A stretch of DNA of 64,000 bases from Nemertoderma westbladi (Eukaryota > Animalia > Xenacoelomorpha). This document shows, piece after piece, positions 14,701-26,486 of the stretch (position 1 is its first letter; every line of letters starts with the position of its first letter). Where the stretch lies: NCBI GenBank assembly GCA_032718475.1, contig JAUCBJ010000145.1:8991-72990 (forward strand), given 5' to 3'. Made by a program: the position numbers and the translations under genes. Below the pieces are notes generated by a model. The model did not search any database. It was not told the origin of the DNA and saw nothing but the letters and a program-made list of their open reading frames with translations.

Positions 14701-15773
14701 TTATTAAGGCAACAATAAACAGCGCAAATAACTTAAACTTCATGATTTGAGAAATAAAGATTCTAAAAAACAGCTGACGTTTCGATTTATTAAACAATAA
14801 TCATTTTCAAAGCAAAAACAAATAAATACCTGAAAATTAGTGAAAGACAGTACTAAATACAAAATACAATAATAAGGCTGGTGAAGATTGAAATAACAAT
14901 ACAAAAAAAAACAATTTACAAAATAATGGGTGTGGCTAGTGTGCAAAAAACGGTTGTAATTGAATATGGAAGGCGTGTACAGCAGTACAGTACTACAGAA
15001 ACAACAGAGCGGATAGTACAAGACAGTCCAGTAAGAAAGTCAGGACCTACCGGTACACGAATAAGGCAGTACGTGAGGTAGGGGCGGGGGGGGGGGGGGG
15101 GGGGGTATATCAAGGAACTACAGTAGGGAAAGGAAAGTCGAAGTTGTTTGGTCATTTAAAGTGGGGCGAAGTTTCCTAATGAATAAAGTCTCTTTAATGA
15201 GAAGTTCGCGCAAGTTACGGGATGTTGATAAGATGCTGAAATTTTCTTTTAACGTGGGATGATCGGCGGTGGAGGAGTGTTCAAAGATAGAAGAATTTTT
15301 TGGACGGGAGAATTTTCCGGAGTTGTACAAAAAGCCAGTGTGTTCCTCAACACGTTTAGCCAGGTGGCGTACAGTGCGTCCAACGTAAGAAGCATCGCAG
15401 CTTCCACAATTATAATGGTACACAACACCCGACCGTATGTGTTCAGGAATCTGATCCTTGTACGGGAAAAGGGAGGATAGCCTACAGCTGGTTTGGAAGA
15501 TAACTTTTAAATCCAAGTGAGACAGACTCTGTCGGAAAAGGCGTAACAGACGTTTCTTTACAAGCGCGCCGTGGTGGCCGGTAAAAGGAAGGCAGATCAA
15601 AACACTCCGTTTGGGTACTGTAGTTATAGGGGGTGATCGTGGTTCACTAATACGATTGAAGAATTTTTGAGAATTATTGTTTAATAAATCGAAACGTCAG
15701 CTGTTTTTTAGAATCTTTATTTCTCAAATCATGAAGTTTAAGTTATTTGCGCTGTTTATTGTTGCCTTAATAA
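14701..15773 (-). mobile_element. 5'-truncated Penelope-like element with GIY-YIG endonuclease and inverted pseudo-LTR
   Basis: ORF 15118-~15672 contains GVVYHYNCGSCDASYVGRTVRHLAKRVEEH...IKETLFIRKLRPTLNDQ; ~100-bp perfect inverted repeats at 14701-14801 and 15673-15773. Confidence 0.92.
14771..14813 (-). ncRNA. Atypical minimal hammerhead-like motif in the Penelope pLTR
   Basis: Minus strand TTGAAAAT-GATTATTGTTTAATAAATC-GAAACGTC; the core deviates from CUGANGA. Confidence 0.5.
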
Positions 15774-16322
15774 AATAAGAAAAATAAAAAAATGCTAAGG
15801 ATCCTTTAGTGATCCATCAAACTCATTATAAACTAAAACCAATGGGTCAATTAAACTTAACCCATTTCGTTAATTAAATTGAACCAATTGGCGTATAATT
15901 AAATAGATGTCGAGCTGATACTATATCGAAATTAATTACAAATTTCAATATATAGGTATAATTAAGGTTGGAGTCCGGAAACAGTCGGAAAGTACCCCAG
16001 TCTCAAATGTCCACTTTTTTCGCTTATCGCTGCTAATATGTAAATCAGTCTGCCATAGCGATCAAATACCGAGCAATTCGTTAAATTATGTACAAGGAAG
16101 CAGCTGTCAATTGATTTGTAAACTTAATTCCTGGATATTATTCATCCGACGGTACACAATAGGAGCTGAATTAATAATCTAAGCACAGTGTTATTGAGTA
16201 CCGTACTGTTTCTGGTAAATTCCTAGACGAAACTTATTTCCGGACAACTCACATATCATAGCCCAGGTATAGTTTGTACAAAATATGCCAGTAATTAACA
16301 CAAATATTAAAATCCTGCCTAC

Positions 16323-16396
16323 CTGGCCGTTTGGACTTTGAAGTCGATGAAACAACTTTGCGATTCGTCGAAGATCCTTTTGAAACATCACACCTC
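16323..16396 (-). CDS. 74-bp internal exon of the same gene (RCDVSKGSSTNRKVVSSTSKSKRPG)
   Basis: tttag| and |gtaggc sites; phases join in frame with both neighbouring exons. Confidence 0.7.
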
Positions 16397-17435
16397 CTAA
16401 ATAAATTAAATTGGATAACTAAAACTCATAGGGTTAATCACAAGAAGCGGAAATAATAACATTGTATATAAAATAAAATGAATATTACTATAGTAGTAAT
16501 AATAATTAAATTATTTATTATTTTACTCTGTAGAGTGGAAATGATTATCTATATAAGTAGAGGTGAATGATTCAAGTGCTACTTAGCGGAATATCTGCGG
16601 CTTCTACAGTTCTACCCTCTTAATAGAGCCAATATCTTCTTCATTTGTGGCCGTCACCATTGCGGATTCCTTGCGGTACACCATTGATAAGTAGAAGAGC
16701 TTTTATGTCTCAATAAGAATCCAAAGCCAGCAACGGTTGCTTCTGGCATTCCATGAGTTATTAGGACCTCCAGCATTTTACCTGGATCGAGTCGAATGCA
16801 TTCTTGACACATGTCGGGAGTACAAGAAGGTTCTTTGCCTTAATTCCCTAAATCAGTCTCCGTAGCCCAAGTATCTGAGCTATTGTTGATCCATTACACC
16901 CAATTAATTGTTGTGATACGCAGTAGTTTCTCTATGTGAGGCCTAATTCTATATAGATCATTTTGTTGTATATTTTGCTTATTTATCTTACAAGCAAAGT
17001 CAGTGTATAGCAGTTATGAACTTCTAGGGTGTAGGCATCATATATATACAGCATTATATGCTATGATTTACAAAACAATGGAGCAAATTCAGGGAATAAA
17101 AGTAAAATTTAGGAAATAAAAACGCATTTTTCTCGCCTCAAGCAGATTATCTGATATACCGGTACGGGTTGTTTTGGGTTATGGTTTGGGATGCCGAACT
17201 TAATGTCATTGTATACTTTTGGAGTACGGCTCCGGTTGTGGTTGATGCTGACGGCAAGAATGAATCAATGCATATGGTTATGCTATGGTTTGGGATATGT
17301 TTTTGGGTTGCAGTAGTTAACCTAGACCACTCTCCTCTAATAATATTGAGAATAGGGCGGGTACTATACGTCAGCAGCTCCAACTCATACCATACATACA
17401 CCAATATAATATGCATGGGTTAGGTATAATCTTAC

Positions 17436-17515
17436 CAGTTAGAATTCTGATCGGAATGGTCCATTTGTTGCGGGCAACTCGTTTTTGTTACATAACCATT
17501 GGCAGTCTTCGAGCC
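17436..17515 (-). CDS. 80-bp internal exon of the same gene (GSKTANGYVTKTSCPQQMDHSDQNSNW)
   Basis: cttcttttag| and |gtaag sites; in frame with the downstream exons. Confidence 0.7.
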
Positions 17516-18317
17516 CTAAAAGAAGAAATCAAGTTAATATGTTGAATGTTAATGCAGCATAATGAAATAATATGGACGTAGGCATTTTACTAAGGCTGTA
17601 AGGTAAGATCACAAGACGAATTGATGATTCAAAATAGTGGACATTTCATAATATAAATTGTCTACCGGTACCTTACTACCGTAACGTTCGCAGGCTGTTA
17701 ACGCTAGGTTAGTCAGTTATTTATAGTAAATGAAGAAAAAATCTGCCTCTGATACACCTGATAGTATATAGTAGTATACGCCTATTTAAAATCGTATACG
17801 TAAATTGCAAATAAATAGCAAATGTAATGTTAAAAAGGAACAAAGACAACACGGGGCGAGGCGAGGAAGGGGTTAAACGTTTCCACGTATGTCGTACGTA
17901 TCCACGTATGTGCAGTGCATATGTACGTTTCAACGTATCCACGTACGTATCTCAGTATCTATACATTACATTGAGCGATTTGACATACCGGTACTGACAT
18001 ACATGTGCATACACGTAGGCGAATACGGTACAGTTTTCTGATTCGTCCAGATGATATACGAGAGAAATGTCATGCAAAATGCTTAGACCTAAGTAAATAG
18101 ACCTAAATAAAACGGTAACCTGTTCTAATGACTTTTATTTATTGTTTATTATTTATTGTTTTGGTTTAAAAAAGAGAAAACAACGTGCCACTGCCACTGT
18201 ACAGCTGTAGCGTGCTCGTGCTCCTTTCCGCAAACTGCCAAATTGAATTTATAGGCCTACCTGTTATAACATTTAGCAGTTTTTACCGTACAGCCGTACC
18301 GGTAGGCCGTAGGCGAG

Positions 18318-18935
18318 GGGTGACAGACCGAACGTAATCAGGATCGAATGTAACATAGTTTTTACGAATCGAACGTAACCTCAATTATGTTACATTGGAT
18401 CCTATAACTGTATAACTATGTTACATTCGATCTACAAATTACTAAGCTCGAATGTAACATACATTTATTTCAGTTGTGTTTTGATTTCAGGAGTTAACCG
18501 ATGAAATGCTTCGTATAACTGTATAATTACAGGAAGAAACAGTTTGGTGTTGGTGAGTACAAAACAAAGACCCAATTAAGAAACCTGCATAATCTTGTAA
18601 CATGTGTTAACTTTCGTTTATTGTTTTGGTTCCCCCAACATGCCTCTGTAACCTGCTCCTTTCAGCCTGTAAATAAAAGTAACCTGCATACTCTTGTAAC
18701 ATATGTGTTAACTTTCGTTTATTGTTTTGGTACCCCCTACACGCCTCTGTAACCTGCTCCTTTAAATCTGTAAATGACAATGTTACATTCGAGCTTAGTA
18801 ATTTGTAGATCGAATGTAACATAGTTATAGGATCCAATGTAATGTAACATAATTGCGGTTACGTTCGATACGTAATAACTACTGAACTATGTTACATTCG
18901 GTCCTGATTACGTTCGGCTGTTCGGTCATGTATCC
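18318..18935. mobile_element. MULE-type MITE, family A copy 1
   Basis: ~130-bp TIRs GGGTGACAGACCGAACGTAATCAGGATCGAATGTAAC...; perfect 9-bp TSD GTAGGCGAG. Confidence 0.9.
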
Positions 18936-19762
18936 GTAGGCGAGATATTAATTCGCCGGATCTGGCAGTCTGGGGTCAGGGGGTTGGGATTTGCTGATTT
19001 CGGGATTTGCGTTCAGTTTCCTGCTACCGGTACGGTAAATAGGCCTACTGAAATATCCAGACCAACCTGAATTATCATAAGAATATGTGAAAGTGACGCC
19101 GAATTTTTCGATAAACCCTCATCAACCACAGTCATTGCACGTTACTGGCGCCGTGTTATGCTGTTCTACTGCTGCACCCTGTAGGCTACTCCAACTCCAG
19201 TAGGCCTACTCAGTCACAGTCAGTACAGCCAGACAGCAGTACTGCAGTAGTGTTGTAGTAGAGTAGAGCCTACTGCTGTACTGCAGCTTTGTCTGTTTGT
19301 TCGGAGTTCAGCTGTTCTGGGTTCTAGCAATCTGCTCCTCTGACTGCCTCACTGATGTTGTTCTGTTGTTGGTTGACAAGGTAGGCCTGTTGCCTGTAGG
19401 CCTACCTGCCTGCCGGTGACTGGGTGAGGTGATGTGCTGTCGATGTGCAGTTACGAGTTACTGAGTTAACAACAGGTTAACGGGTTACAGCTTACAGCTA
19501 TACAGGGTGAAGCAGTTGTCTTGTCAGTACAGCCTGACAGCATTACTGCATTCACAGACTTCCTGACCTCTGTATATACCTTTAACCATACAGCAGTACA
19601 GCCATACGGTACAGCATTACTGCAGTACAGCAGTACATAGGTACAGCATAAGTAAAATACTGAAATACAAAATTACTGAAATACCGGTACTGCAGTAGAA
19701 TAGTACTGTAGTACAGTAGAACAGTTTCGGACTACATGTAGTTCGACATATTGGGTCATATA

Positions 19763-20708
19763 CAAGGCGTACTATATACAAGGCCATGTCATCGAGTTAA
19801 CTGGGGGCGGTGACTGAGGGCAAGATTTTTTTTACAACAATTTTATATTTTGATATGGGGAGAGTTCTACAAATTTTCATTTGCTGCAATTTGGTCAATG
19901 GACTTAATTGAAGCATCCTCGTTAAGTAAGATAGAAAATTTTATGGTAGCTAGTGTTTTAGGTAGGTTTAGCTAGTAATTTCGACACAGGTTCCGTCCGA
20001 CATCCTACTACTTCCTTCCATAAATATTTTGTAGTAGCTATATAGTTCTTGTTACTATTTGTATAGAAAATGTTCCAGAAGATGTTAGCTATTCATTTTT
20101 TTTTATTATATTCTAGAACAAATATTTTTTGTTCTAGAACATTTTTTAGAAAAATATCAGGATTATATTTAAAACGAATGGAATCGTTCTAAAACGTGTT
20201 TAAAATCAATAAAAAAATTTTCAACATTTTACTTTTTCACAATATTTTATTTTCACAATTTTTTTTATTGATTTTAAACACATTTTAGAACGATTCCATG
20301 CGTTTTAAATAGAATCCAGATTTTTGTCTAAAAAATGTTCTAGAACAAAAAATATTTGTTCTAGAACATAATTTAAAAAAAAAATGAATAACTAACATCT
20401 TCTGGAACATTTTCTATACAAATAGTAACAATAACTAGCTACTACAAAATATTTATAGAAGGAAGTAGGATGTCGGAACGACGGAACCAGTATCGAAATT
20501 ACTAGCTACACCTACCTAAAACACTACAGTAGCTACCATAAAATTTTGTATCCTACTTAACAAGGAGGCTTCAAGTACGTCCATTGATCAAATTGCAGCA
20601 AATGAAAATTTATAGAACTCTCCCAATATCAAATTTTGAAATTGTTGTAAAAAAAATCTCGCCCCCAGTCACCGCCCCATTTAACTCGATGCCATGGCCT
20701 ACGCCTTG
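19763..20708. mobile_element. Foldback element, P/Galileo-like
   Basis: Almost fully palindromic (~460-bp arms); CAAGGCGTA...TACGCCTTG termini; 8-bp TSD GTCATATA/GTCATACA. Confidence 0.85.
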
Positions 20709-21263
20709 GTCATACAATATATCACCAGTTTCACAGTTTTTACATTAACTACGCGTTGGTGCCGTAGGTCCTCTGCAAACTACGCGTAGGTCCTGCGTAA
20801 ACTACGCGTAGGTGCTAACCTTAACTATGCGTAGGCCTATATGACGTTTATCATTAGCAGTCCTACATATTCCAAGCGGTTCAGTACTAAAATAAGACAA
20901 TAGTGTATGGGCTTCATGCCAGACATTATTAACCAACCAGACCCCATACGGGCAGTTTTGTGTGGAAATATTTAAATTTTCAAGGCAATTTTCTCGGAAT
21001 GAAATTTTTTACGCAAAAAACACTACTGCTCTGTGATTTAACAGTTTTTTTATAATTTTCGCTTCATATGACAGGTATTTAATAAACTTCGACAAATTTC
21101 GGGCAGTTTTTTTTATTTCATAATAATTCCCCGTTCCCAAGTTTTTTTTTGTTTATGCAACCACTTTCGAGTTATTTGAAAAAACGAAAAAACGAAAAAA
21201 AAAGTTATTTGAAAACCGCGCTGCTAACAATTGCATTAAATTTATACAAATTAAATTTAATTT

Positions 21264-21307
21264 AGCGCTACTGATGAGGCCTGATAGGCCGAAACGTACG
21301 TAGCGCT
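21264..21307 (+). ncRNA. Minimal hammerhead ribozyme-like motif
   Basis: AGCGCTA-CTGATGA-GGCCT(GAT)AGGCC-GAAAC-GTACG-TAGCGCT: canonical core, stem II, stem I and a palindromic short stem III. Confidence 0.7.
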
Positions 21308-22204
21308 GGTTCAACCCCCGGTGACGTGCTTTCTCATTTTTTCCATTTCTGAACAAAAACCATATAACGAACCTGTCTTTAGACTGGGTAGTTTTTGTCT
21401 AAAGCTGAGGCCGGCAAAAACATGATGGATGTGTGTATGACATGTACTGTTTAACAACGAAATGGCTTCAAACCACTTGCTTGTATAAAATTGTAAACGC
21501 GACTATTCATCAATTAGTATCTAGTTGTAGAATAAAAAGTTGGTAACGATTCGATGTGCGATATTCGAAATATTAGCATATCAACATTATGGAACGCTAA
21601 ATTAAATACCCACAACTGGAGTTATTTATTTATTTAGTTAGTTATTTATTATTTATCAATTGGAGTTACACATTAATTATATCGTTAATTATTGTTCTAT
21701 CTCTATTCAGTCAGTTAGTGTAAATGTCATGCAGTACATCATTTTTATATATCGATGCATCTATAGGGCCTATTGTCATCGTTATATCCATCAATCAGGC
21801 TAAGGTCAATTGTAATGTAAAGGCTTAGTAGGTTTTGTATATCTGGGACGTTTACAACAGCTGTCGATTAAACTAGCAAACCCAGAAAACTGAACCAGGG
21901 TGGCTGCCAGCCGGGTATCAACGGCTGTTGGGTAGACTTATGAAAGATTTCACAAACTTTCATAGGAGGCTTGTACATGTACATTATATTGGTTGCTCCG
22001 ATGTTTTTATTAGGCTAACTGAGAATGGTGAATTAGGTATAAATAATTCGTGTTCTTTATTTTATTTATCTAATTCAGAAAGACCCCGCCGCAGAATAAA
22101 CTGCTCTTTGGGGTCGTTTCCCAGGTTGCGGATATGGATAACATTTCACACATCGCAGTAATTGTGATTATGATTTGTTTGTCTAGTAAGCGACTGTGTA
22201 TTAC

Positions 22205-22282
22205 ATTCGATGGGAGGCAGTTTTTTGGTTGATGCAATTCATTCTTGGTTTGCATCTTCCAATCCCATCTGTTTCTTGGGGT
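22205..22282 (-). CDS. Probable upstream exon of the same gene (TPRNRWDWKMQTKNELHQPKNCLPSN; ATG at 22255)
   Basis: ttaaacag| and |gtaata sites; phase 0 join to the exon at 17515. Confidence 0.5.
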
Positions 22283-22854
22283 CTGTTTAAGACGGGTTCG
22301 TATTAGGCCTACATCATTATTTACAGTTCCATTACCAGCTCAGTTCCAATTTATTTCAATAATTATACTATGGCCGTTTTCTAAAAGGCTGTGTGTGTGT
22401 CGGAAAAGAACATATAACTACCTATAGTATACAGTAATTATAATTGTTCGCTAAGATGGCTTGCGCTTGCAGCTTTTGCTGCACGAAACACGAAGACCCC
22501 ACACGTGTAATACTGTAAATACAGTACAGTAGCAATATTAAAGCCCGGGTCACACATGAGCTTCCAACATTCAAATAATTCCGTCCCAGTTCGCACATAA
22601 ACACTAAACTTTCAGCTCATAAAAATTATTGGATATATTACTAAAATCTGTTTTGTTTTATAGATTTTACTGTGTAAGTGTTTTTTTTAATTAATTTAAA
22701 GTAATAATTTTTAATATGGATAACTAAATCGATGACGTAATATTAGCATACAGTATACATTACATAGGCAGCGTAATAAACGATGCTATTGGGTTTTTAT
22801 GGCCGGGAAGCGATGGATTATTATACTGTAAATTATGTAGGCCCTATTCCATTT

Positions 22855-23740
22855 CTGCCATGCAATATGAAAAGACCGCAAGTCACAAAAAGTCATTTCT
22901 AGTAAAACGCAAATTATTGTTTGCCTTCAGATTGCTGGTTTAAAATGACGGTAAATTACTAATTTTTTATTACCCTACGCAATTTGGGGTGGGAAATTTT
23001 TCATTGTATACATTTAATGCATATATTAGCAGCGCGGTTTTTAATTTGTAAATACCTCGAAAGTCCGTGATTTCATTTCCGATGTCAGTTTAATGTTCGG
23101 TAGAATCTAATCTGTTTTACTATTGGTCAGCTTCTGGCTGGACATACATTTTGACGGTCCGATCGGAAGACATGGAGAGACAGCGATAACTCGAAATTTT
23201 ATTAGGCGGTGATTTCAACACCGCCTTCACCTCAGCTACACGATTTCCCCAGAAGTAAATAAATATTTAATTTTAGAGAAATATATATTTTTTATATATT
23301 TTTTATATTTATTTACTTATACAATACGCAATAAATAATATGAGAACAAAAAAGTCACTTGGTGAAATTTCAATTTTGAATTTCGCGCATTTTCTGCTAA
23401 TAGTAAAAACCGCAAGTCAAAAGACACATATTTCAATAAAACAGTAGGCATCTTTATGTATTTTCTTATTATGCAATGACAAAACACCGTGCAAGTCTTG
23501 CGTTTTTTTGCATAAATTCAAGTAGGCCTAGTTGCGGTCTTTTGTATTGCACTTACGGTCTTTTTCCTTTGTAACACTATACATATGTTGTGACTTACGG
23601 CCTTTTTACATTGGATATCTCGAGAACTAGAGTCGATACGGTCTTCTCGATTATACCATTAGATAGAGCGCATTTTTAAGACCCAGAAAAAGTGAATTTT
23701 GGAAAAATGCGACATACGGTCATTTTACATTGCACGGCAG
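22855..23740. mobile_element. Sola1-like non-autonomous element
   Basis: TIR CTGCCRTGCAAT...GACCG; ATTT TSD (AWWT type). Confidence 0.75.
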
Positions 23741-24107
23741 ATTTGCTGTGTACTTTTCAGTAGACATGAAGATGACACGTTCGTGGGGCCTTCGCGCAGC
23801 ACGAGGCCCAGTTATGAGATACAAATTAAAATTGTGCGACTGTATCACAAAATCAGGTTATGAGAGATTAACCCACACCACCAATTAATCAAAGAAAGGG
23901 GGACAGTACGTGTTCACCCCTTTTAATCTGCACCCCCCCCCCCCCTCCCCCACCCACCAATACATAACCGCGACATCTACCACCCACGGAAGGGTAGCAC
24001 GAACTTATTTCCAAACGCACGTTCAATATGCAAAGCCAGGTGGTTTATAGGAATATAATCAATGCAGTACTCGTCTTCATTATAAGCCTCTTTGCGTTCG
24101 ACCTGTT

Positions 24108-24503
24108 TTATATTAAAATATATTTATTAAACGCAGGCTGACGCTCTTTATAATAATAATACCTAGGGATGCCAGCTTCCAGACTTTCAATCTTTACTGC
24201 CACGCAAACCCCGCAGAGGAAGTTTTGGTTTGAGAGATCAAGCCCATCGGCAATTGGTGTTTCAATTTCGGTCCAGGAACTCTGACAATGGGAGCATTCA
24301 ATCTTAGCTGTGGTCCATTCCCGTGGTTTCGGCTTCCTTTTCTTCGTCCCAATGACAGATTCTTCTGAAGACGTTCGATTCGCTTTCAGTTTATTGTTGG
24401 CGTTTGTGTTTTGAAGTTGTATTCGAGTGGACAGTCGCGCCGGTTTCGAGGTAACCATACCGACCTGTGATAAGCGTTGGTTTTGTTGAGTGCCGGTATT
24501 CAT
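24108..24503 (-). other. 131-aa ORF with CxxC...CxxC: LINE ORF1-like fragment or a 5' exon
   Basis: IECSHCQSSW...FLCGVCVAVKIESLE resembles the zinc-finger/leucine-zipper start of CR1/L2 ORF1; no associated ORF2. Confidence 0.4.
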
Positions 24504-25381
24504 CTTCTTTCACCTCTTCAATGTCAGATGTTGCAAATACTGATAACACGAATAACGGTATATATTTCAATACTTGTCAATAGTAATATATATAATTTAG
24601 ATAACTATTTTATATCTGTACTGTTGAGCAAACTCTACATAAATTTCAACCTGTGTATCGCCGGTAGTGCTGTTGCTGTGCAAGTGCTGAAGTGCTAGTT
24701 GCCACCGGTCACGCGGTCAGCCGGTACCGGTAGTAGGGTGGTACCATGGCCTACTACACACAGGCCATGACAAGGACTTGCCGTGAAATTAGCGTAGGCT
24801 GACTGATGAATTATCAAATATTATATTTTCCACGAATGCAGGGTCCATATTTAAAAGAAGATGACTAGATTTTCGTAAAGAATTTAATTGAAACAGTATT
24901 TAATAATTAATAAATTAATTATCGCTCGAGTTCCTGCAGCTTTTATTCGTTTGTGGCTGCCTCTGGCTATGTTTGTGGCAGGAATGTTTGAACGCTAATA
25001 AGTCGGTCAATCATGGATGAAATGGAACCAAACTTGGTACTCATGTAGTCTATAAAAAATTTAGAAATTCTACACACAGACAGACTTCTACAGTTCCCCG
25101 GTCTGCCGCTAGGGGGCGAATTAACAGAAACGTAAAAATAGCTGTAATTATAGAACCAACGATCAGATTCATCTGAAATTTAGTAGTAGTTACCTAAGAG
25201 CATTGCTTAATTAGAAATTCTACAGAGACTTTTACAGTTCCTGTCTGCCGCTAGTGGGGAATTGTTAGAGCTCCAGTTCAACGTGCTTAGCACGGTTTAA
25301 TAAACAATCAATTAATTATTTTATTCAATACAGTAATTATAACAGTAAAATGCAATGTATTCTATTTTTTAGTGAAATCAA

Positions 25382-25896
25382 GAGATAGGAGGGGGGGGGG
25401 GGGGGGGGGAGACTGGACGCAAATCCCATCTTGGCGAATTAATATCCCGCCTCAAGGTTATCGTTCATATGCGTACCTCTGGCAAAAGAAGCAGGTTACA
25501 GTGGTGGTGTTTTCTAACCAAAACAATAAACTAATCTCCATTACTTAATTAACGGAAAGGAGCAGGTTACAGTGGTGGGCTTTTCTAACCAAAACAATAA
25601 ACAATATCTCAATAACATAGGGTATTTCATACTTATAGTCTTATTTTTGCAATACGAAAATACCAGAGGTACGCATATGAACTATAACTCGCCTCAATAT
25701 TAATTTCTCAATTTTGGGAAAGGAGCAGGTTACAGTGGCACGTTATTTTAACCAAAACAATAAAGTAAACACAATAGAACAGGTTACAGTTTTATTTTTG
25801 AGAGTAATCAGCTGTTGTTATTTGCGTCCAATTTCCCCTGGAGAGGGATGAATTTTTATTGCGTCCAGTCCCCCCCCCCCCCCCCCCCCCCTATCT
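25382..25896. mobile_element. MULE-type MITE, family B
   Basis: TIRs GAGATAGG-polyG-GACTGGACGCAA; 9-bp TSD TGAAATCAA. Confidence 0.85.
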
Positions 25897-26038
25897 TGAA
25901 ATCAAATACCAAAAATATATTTATTATATGAACAATCTATTTGGAAATTGTAAGTTCGGCCTATATCTTTACCATAAGCTCAGTATCTTTATCTGGTGTG
26001 TTTTTATTATTTTACCAATTATTTAATATGTTTGATAG

Positions 26039-26486
26039 AATTGAACAACACCGCCCAACACAACCAACTCTCTATCCGCCTCGAGCATCGAGAATACGAG
26101 AAACTCGATCGAAATACCTGCTTATCCCAGTAGTATCCGTCCGTAGTCACCGGACCGCTGCGGTTTACTCCCGTAGAACAGTAGAATTCCCGCAGCTTCC
26201 GACCCAATTCGACAACGAATTCGCTTCACACTTTCGCGTCACAGAGAACGTAATCCAGTGCGATAACGTCTGCCCAACGTTCAACCATTTCCCCCAGGCG
26301 ATCCCAGGATCCGGGCCGCCGCTAAACCCAGATCGCAATCCTCGTCGATTCGTCCAGTCGTCGACGTATGTCAGTAAGTGGGACTCTTCCCACCGCACTC
26401 CAAGGTGGGTGACCGGAGTGAGGCATGAGGAACTTGGCAGTGGCCCGCATTACGATCTGACTGACCGCCGTATTCCCAGTGTCTGA
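26039..26486 (+). CDS. Possible terminal exon of an unknown gene (CpG-rich ORF)
   Basis: Acceptor tttgatag at 26038, ~149 open codons, AATAAA at 26658; no recognisable domain. Confidence 0.35.

Noticed and set aside
26118-26450. Minus-strand frame with in-frame TGA/TAG suggesting selenocysteine or readthrough
   Set aside because: It is codon-aligned antisense to the plus-strand ORF (TCA/CTA codons); no SECIS or selenoprotein motif seen.
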